DNA of 20,626 nucleotides, taken from contig CAXTTL010000066.1 of assembly GCA_964247135.1 (NCBI GenBank), positions 1 through 20,626 of the forward strand, read 5' to 3'. How positions within the stretch are numbered: position 1 is the stretch's first letter; each line of letters opens with the position of its first letter. The position numbers and the translations under genes are program-made. The notes beneath the pieces are model-generated. The model searched no databases. It was given only the letters and a program-made list of their open reading frames with translations, and had not been told where the DNA came from. Source of the stretch: an uncultured Deinococcales bacterium. GTDB lineage: Bacteria; Deinococcota; Deinococci; Deinococcales; JAAFIG01. Positions 15,688 to 20,626 of the stretch are shown piece by piece.

Positions 15688-17370
15688 TTACTTGGCGTAT
15701 TCGACGCTGCGGCTTTCGCGGACCACCGTCACTTGCACCTGCCCTGGGTATTCCATGTCCTGCTCGATGCGTCCTGCAATTTCTCGAGCGATCAAGGCGG
15801 CTTTGGAATCCGAGACTTTCTCGGGTTGCACGATCACGCGCACTTCACGTCCTGCCTGAATCGCGTAAGCGCCAGAGACGCCTGGGAAGCTGGTGGCAAT
15901 CGTCTCGAGTTGCTGGAGGCGTTTGACATAGGTCTCGAGGTCTTCACGGCGAGCACCTGGTCGGGCGGCAGAGATCGCGTCGGCGGCGGCAGCCAATACG
16001 CTGAAGACGCTCTCGCCGTTTTCGGGGTCGTGGTGGTGGGCAATCGCGTCGATGACTTCAAACGGTTCGCCGAAACGCTTGGCGAGGTTGATGCCGATTT
16101 CGACATGTGTGCCTTCGATCTCGCGGTCAATGCTTTTGCCGATGTCGTGCAACAATCCAGCGCGACGTGCCAGGGTCGCATCAAGCCCAAGCTCTGCCGC
16201 CATGATGCCCGTCAGGTGCGCCACCTGAATGCTGTGCTTCAAAACATTTTGCGCGTAACTCGAGCGAAAGTGCATCCGACCAAGCAATTGCAACAAACCT
16301 GGTTTGAGACCGACCACATTGGCTTCAATCGCAGCTTCCTCGCCGCGCTCGAGAATGTAGGTTTTCATTTCGTCTTGGGCTTTGGCAACCACCTCTTCGA
16401 TGCGGGTTGGGTGAATGCGTCCGTCTGTCACAAGTTGCTCGAGGGCTTTGACGGCAACCTCGCGGCGAATCGGGTTGAAGCTCGAGAGGATCACAGCTTC
16501 TGGTGTGTCGTCAATGATTAAATCGACGCCGGTCAAGCTTTCAAAGGCGCGAATATTCCGTCCCTCGCGTCCGATGATCCTGCCTTTCATCGCGTCCGAT
16601 GGAATCGGCACGACGCTGACCGCCATGCTGGCGGTGGTTTCGGAGGCGGAACGTTGAATGGCTTGGGCGATGATGCTTTGGCTGCGGCGCTTGACATCGA
16701 GGCTGACCTTCTCGAGCATCACTTTGACGCGCACGCCTTTTTCTTCCTCGAGTTCATTGTCGAGTTTCTCGAGGATCATTTCGCGGGCGGCTTCGCGTGA
16801 AAGTTCGCCAACTTCGTAGAGTTTGCGTTCGGCTTCGTGGATTTTGGCGTCGGCTTGCACCAACAATTCTTGGTAGCGCTTTTCTTCGACTGAGATTTTC
16901 TCCTCGAGTGCGTCCAATTTGACGGCTCGAGCATCGAGTTGCTCTCCCCTGCGGCTTAAACGTTCTGTCTCGAGGCGGGCTTCCTCGCGCTCGGACTTGA
17001 TGCTCTCGCGCTCGGACTTGATGCCGTCGCGCTCGGCGAGGATCGCGTCGCGTTCGCGTTTGTTGTCCTCGTCGATACGGGTTTTGAGTTGCAAGCCCTC
17101 GTCGCGTGCCTTGAGTTCTGCGTCCTTGCGGATGCGGTCGGCGTCGGCGTCGGCTTGGCGGCGAATGGTTTCTGCTTCCCGTCGGATGGAATCGGCTTCC
17201 CTCTGGGCGTTCTCGCGCAAGCCAGCATCGGCTGCGGTTCGAGACTCGAGTTCACGCTTGTGTCCCTCTTGAATGTTCTTGAGGTTGGCGTTGTTGAGGA
17301 AATACATGATTCCAGCACCGACGAGAGCGGCGACAATGGCGGTAAGAACAACAATGAGTATGGTATCCAT
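15688..17370 (-). CDS. rny: Ribonuclease Y
   Basis: Start ATG 17370 with GAGGAG RBS. N-terminal TM helix, coiled coil, KH domain ([14 protein letters not shown]), HD domain (GLLHDIGK), [22 protein letters not shown]. Confidence 0.97.
   Translation of the reverse strand: MDTILIVVLTAIVAALVGAGIMYFLNNANLKNIQEGHKRELESRTAADAGLRENAQREADSIRREAETIRRQADADADRIRKDAELKARDEGLQLKTRIDEDNKRERDAILAERDGIKSERESIKSEREEARLETERLSRRGEQLDARAVKLDALEEKISVEEKRYQELLVQADAKIHEAERKLYEVGELSREAAREMILEKLDNELEEEKGVRVKVMLEKVSLDVKRRSQSIIAQAIQRSASETTASMAVSVVPIPSDAMKGRIIGREGRNIRAFESLTGVDLIIDDTPEAVILSSFNPIRREVAVKALEQLVTDGRIHPTRIEEVVAKAQDEMKTYILERGEEAAIEANVVGLKPGLLQLLGRMHFRSSYAQNVLKHSIQVAHLTGIMAAELGLDATLARRAGLLHDIGKSIDREIEGTHVEIGINLAKRFGEPFEVIDAIAHHHDPENGESVFSVLAAAADAISAARPGARREDLETYVKRLQQLETIATSFPGVSGAYAIQAGREVRVIVQPEKVSDSKAALIAREIAGRIEQDMEYPGQVQVTVVRESRSVEYAK
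16984..17036. repeat. In-frame 21-bp tandem repeat within the rny coiled coil
   Basis: CTCGCGCTCGGACTTGATGCT / CTCGCGCTCGGACTTGATGCC / GTCGCGCTCGG, encoding [18 protein letters not shown]. Confidence 0.85.
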
Positions 17371-17544
17371 TTCAGCTCCTCTCGTGGTTTTACTGCGAGG
17401 CAGTCTGACCATGCCCAAATCCAGGCACAAAGAAACGTCATGTCCGTGCTGGAAACACGAAAAGCGTTTTGAGTTAAGGTTTTGAACGGGGAAGTCATTC
17501 CACCGAAGATCGTGTTAAACATAAAGGTTGACCCTTCAGCCCTG

Positions 17545-17553
17545 AGTGTAACA
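17545..17553 (-). promoter_or_regulatory. Extended -10 (TGtTACACT), probable rny promoter
   Basis: Minus strand TGT-TACACT about 175 nt upstream of the rny ATG, within the palindrome AGTGT-A-ACACT (17545-17555). Confidence 0.5.
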
Positions 17554-17628
17554 CTTGGAAAGCAAAATGAGCGCAGTCAAGGTCGCTATTCAAAGTCCAT
17601 CGAGATTTTGGGGTTCTGAAACGATCTT

Positions 17629-17637
17629 TGCTAGATT
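17629..17637 (+). promoter_or_regulatory. Extended -10 (TGcTAGATT) leaderless promoter for the MFS gene
   Basis: TGC-TAGATT-gtgaag-ATG (ATG 17644), 6-nt gap. Confidence 0.65.
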
Positions 17638-17643
17638 GTGAAG

Positions 17644-18852
17644 ATGTTTCGTGTAGCGAGTTTTCTTGAAGAAATTCCCGAATATCCCCTTCTCGCCATT
17701 CCAGTCTTGCTTTTGGGATTCGCCGCCTCGTTCTCAATGCCGTTCATCTCGCTTTTTGGCACGAACATCATTCACATGACCCCATTGGCGCTTGGCACGT
17801 ATTTAAGTTCGGTCGCTGTCTCGAGCATCGTGCTGAGTATGTTCACGGCACGGGTTTCGGATCGCTTGCGAAGTCGCAAACCCGTGGTGCTGGTAGGGCT
17901 GGTGTCGGCGGCATCTGGTTATCTGGCGCTGGCTTTGGTTCGGGATTACACGGCATTGCTGGTGCTGGCAAGTTTTTGTTTGGGTTTGGGAGCTTCGGCG
18001 TTTCCGCAAATATTCGCCCTTGCCCGCACGCAATTTTTGGGAAACAGCCTCTCGCAACAAGCCGTCACGGCGCTCCGTTCAATCTTCTCGCTGGCTTGGG
18101 TGGTCGGTCCGCTCGGCGGGTCGGTGTTGCTCGAGAAATTCGGTTTTACGGGTTTGTTCTTGGCAAGCGGCGCCTGTTATGTCGTTGCGTTGGCATTTAT
18201 TTTGTTGCTGCCCGTCAAAGCCTCGAGCGACGGCATTTCCAGGGTTGTTTCCAGCAACAATCGCAGCGATGCCCCGCCGCCAACCGTGGGTTTGGTGGTG
18301 ATGTGCTTTGCGTTTTACAACATGGCAATCAGCATGGGCGCATGTTGGTTGCCGATTTTGGTGACCAAAACCTTGGCTGGCACGACCGCCAATGTGGGTT
18401 TTATCGCCAGATTGTGTGCCCTCTTGGAAATTCCAATCATGATGGGTTTTGCCCTGTGGCGCAAACGCCCGAGCGACTCGAGTTTTATCATTTGGGCATT
18501 TCTCTTGTGTGCCGTTTATTTTGTGATCGTTGGTACGACCAGCTCGATGCTGATGTTGAATCTGGTCCAGGTGGCACGGGCGACTGCCATTGCCATCAGC
18601 GCCACCATCGGCATGGCGTACTTTGGATTATTGATGCCCAGCCGTGTCGGTACCGCCATGACCTTGTACTCAAATGCCATGAGCATCGGATCAATGCTGG
18701 CGGGCTTGGTCGGGGGTTTTGTGGCGCAGCATTTTGGTTTGCGCAACGTGTTCTTTTTGGGTGCCACGCTGGTTGCGGTTGCTGCACTGGTTTTCTTCTG
18801 GCAAGCTCGAGGTCTTATTCCAAACCCGCAGGGTCAATCCAACCCCGCTTGA
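17644..18852 (+). CDS. MFS transporter, sugar efflux transporter (SET)-like
   Basis: About 12 TM segments; motif A-like SDRLRSRK; FPQIFALAR, LRSIFSLAWVVGP, CALLEIPIM, MPSRVG.A.TLYSN, typical of SetA-like proteins. Confidence 0.88.
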   Translation: MFRVASFLEEIPEYPLLAIPVLLLGFAASFSMPFISLFGTNIIHMTPLALGTYLSSVAVSSIVLSMFTARVSDRLRSRKPVVLVGLVSAASGYLALALVRDYTALLVLASFCLGLGASAFPQIFALARTQFLGNSLSQQAVTALRSIFSLAWVVGPLGGSVLLEKFGFTGLFLASGACYVVALAFILLLPVKASSDGISRVVSSNNRSDAPPPTVGLVVMCFAFYNMAISMGACWLPILVTKTLAGTTANVGFIARLCALLEIPIMMGFALWRKRPSDSSFIIWAFLLCAVYFVIVGTTSSMLMLNLVQVARATAIAISATIGMAYFGLLMPSRVGTAMTLYSNAMSIGSMLAGLVGGFVAQHFGLRNVFFLGATLVAVAALVFFWQARGLIPNPQGQSNPA

Positions 18853-19504
18853 TGCCCGTCAAGACTGCCTCGGTTCTCGAGCCGACCCCAAGTTTGGAAA
18901 AAATATTGGCAAGGTGAACCTGCACGGTGCGCGGTGAAATCTCGAGATTTTTGGCAATTTCTTTGTTGGTCGAACCCGTCGCCGCCACCTTCAAAACCTC
19001 GAGTTCGCGCGGACTGAGGGCTTCACCTTCATATTCGGCTGGGGTGCTCGAGCGGGCTTGGCTGGAAAAACGGTTGAGGACTTTTTTGGCGATGCTCGGA
19101 TGCAACACACTTTCGCCGCTTGCCACGGCGCGGATGGCTTGCACCAAGTCTTCGTCTTTGGCATTTTTCAGGATATAACCCGCCGCTCCAGCCTCCAAGA
19201 GCGCGAACACATACGCATCGTCGTCGTAACTGGTCAAGACCAGAATAGCGGTTTTGGGTTGAATCGCCTTGATTTTCTGGGTTGCCTCGATGCCGTTCAT
19301 GCCAGGCATCGAAACGTCCATCAAAATCACGTCAGGTTGAAGCTCGAGGCTTTTCTGCACGGCTTCCGCCCCGTCGCTGGCTTCACCCAAAATTTTCAGG
19401 TCTTTGTGAGGCTCGAGCATTTCCCTTGTGCCTTTGCGCACAATTGGGTGGTCATCTACCAGCAACAGGGTGATATCGCGCTCGAGGTCGGCTTCAAAAG
19501 TCAT
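18815..19504 (-). CDS. NarL/FixJ-family response regulator (REC + LuxR HTH)
   Basis: LVDDHPIVR, DVILMDVSMP, GYILK, LSPRELEVL...NKEIA..L.ISPRTV.VH. No kinase in this window. Confidence 0.96.
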   Translation of the reverse strand: MTFEADLERDITLLLVDDHPIVRKGTREMLEPHKDLKILGEASDGAEAVQKSLELQPDVILMDVSMPGMNGIEATQKIKAIQPKTAILVLTSYDDDAYVFALLEAGAAGYILKNAKDEDLVQAIRAVASGESVLHPSIAKKVLNRFSSQARSSTPAEYEGEALSPRELEVLKVAATGSTNKEIAKNLEISPRTVQVHLANIFSKLGVGSRTEAVLTGIKRGWIDPAGLE

Positions 19505-20625
19505 GAAGTGATTGTAACTCGAGATTGAGGGCGCAACATCAAAAAAGTAACGACGGCTGCCACCGTCACCACCGCGCCAGAAACCGCGAAAACGTTGCGA
19601 ACGCCGATCAGGCTGGCAAGAACGCCAGAAAACGCCATCGAAACCAGACTGGCTGAGTTCATGACAATGTTAAAACCGCTGCCAACCCTGCCCATAAATT
19701 CGTTGGCGATTGAACCTTGCAACAAGGTGGCAAAGCTCGCCTCGAGTGGCGCGACCACCAGACCGATTACGAAATTGACCATACAAAAAAACCAGATGTT
19801 CGGAACAACTACACTAATCGCAACCAAAACGCCCAACGCCATTAAGCCGCTCGAGACCATGTATCGAGGTTTGATTTTGGCGGCAAAACCCATGACCAAG
19901 ACGCCAGACACAATCATGGCAGCCGTTTCGGAAACATTGACCGCCCCAAGCCAGGTGACGGGGACTTTTAGAATATTGATGATGTACGGCGTATAGAGGA
20001 CGTTTGAAGCCCCAAGACCAAACATCGTGACGCCGCCACCGACCAAGACCGCCAGTAAAATTTTGCTGCTCGAAATGATCTTTAAACCCTCGAGCATCGG
20101 CGCAATCATGCCTTCGGTTTTTTGGCTGACTCGAGGCTCGAGTTTGGGCACTTTGACCAACAACACCAGCGCAAACGAGACGAAAAATGTCAGGGCATCG
20201 ACCATGAAGGCTGGCGCGAAACTGTTGGTGAACCCGACAATCACGCCCGCCAATGCCGCACCGACCACACTCGAGACAACCATGCCCGTTTGTGACATTG
20301 AATTGGCTGCCATGTACTGGTCTGGTTTGAGGATTTGTTGCACCACCGCGCCTCTGGCTGGGTTAAAAAATGTCCCGACAGCCGCTTGGAAAAAGGCGAG
20401 CACGTACATCAACATCAAACGGTCTTTGCTCTGGACGAATAAAAATCCTAACACGAGAATGCCTCTGATCAGGTCGCTGGCGAGCATGATGCGTTTGCGG
20501 TCAAATTTATCGACGTAAACGCCGGCAAAAAGTCCAAACACAATGCTGGGAATGGCGATCACAATGCTGAGTGTGGCGATGGCGGTGGTCGAACCCGTGA
20601 GCTTGTTGACCAAAATCAGCAGTGT
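19501..20625 (-). CDS. MFS transporter, DHA3/macrolide-efflux-like (5' truncated by the window edge)
   Basis: Motif A (AGVYVDKFDRKRIMLASDLIRG), FFNPA, DALTF..S, MGRV. The frame stays open to the end of the window. Confidence 0.9.
   Translation of the reverse strand, partial: TLLILVNKLTGSTTAIATLSIVIAIPSIVFGLFAGVYVDKFDRKRIMLASDLIRGILVLGFLFVQSKDRLMLMYVLAFFQAAVGTFFNPARGAVVQQILKPDQYMAANSMSQTGMVVSSVVGAALAGVIVGFTNSFAPAFMVDALTFFVSFALVLLVKVPKLEPRVSQKTEGMIAPMLEGLKIISSSKILLAVLVGGGVTMFGLGASNVLYTPYIINILKVPVTWLGAVNVSETAAMIVSGVLVMGFAAKIKPRYMVSSGLMALGVLVAISVVVPNIWFFCMVNFVIGLVVAPLEASFATLLQGSIANEFMGRVGSGFNIVMNSASLVSMAFSGVLASLIGVRNVFAVSGAVVTVAAVVTFLMLRPQSRVTITS
19511..19516 (-). promoter_or_regulatory. -10 box TACAAT of a leaderless promoter for the response regulator, inside the upstream MFS CDS
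   Basis: Minus strand TACAAT-cacttc-ATG (6-nt gap). Confidence 0.6.
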
Positions 20626-20626
20626 C

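Noticed and set aside
15664-16521. 285-aa + strand ORF, and similar shadows (1898-2500, 2744-3412, 9959-10708, 17976-18917)
   Set aside because: They overlap confidently identified genes on the opposite strand or in another frame and have no recognisable motifs.
1-20626. CTCGAG abundance as a cloning or assembly artefact (XhoI junctions)
   Set aside because: Sites sit in-frame inside intact conserved genes in all three frames without breaking motifs, so they are genomic.

Overview
Bacterial chromosomal window, probably from Deinococcota (inferred from gene content and from TANNNT-N6-ATG leaderless promoters), about 50-55% GC by eye. It carries mostly housekeeping and metabolic genes. From left to right: 3' end of uppP; a secreted Ig-like protein; a udg/DUF1844/dtd/GNAT operon; a YciF-like ferritin; a B12-dependent acyl-CoA mutase large subunit with isobutyryl-CoA-mutase-type residues; an oppA/B/C-type ABC operon without ATPases; an IscA/HesB protein; tRNA-Arg(UCU); a carboxylesterase; a toxin-first RelE/HTH pair; a 4-gene ApbE plus MsrQ-like flavinylation cluster; RNase Y; two MFS transporters; and a NarL-type regulator. 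Main signals: (1) the palindrome CTCGAG occurs about 140 times by manual count against about 5 expected, in all three reading frames and in RBSs and terminators, like cyanobacterial HIP1; (2) a signal-less ApbE sits next to a membrane-tethered Thr-rich protein ending in TTRAS, a candidate non-canonical flavinylation substrate; (3) a barrel-sandwich-hybrid-like domain is inserted in the OppB permease. All calls are by eye, with no database searches.
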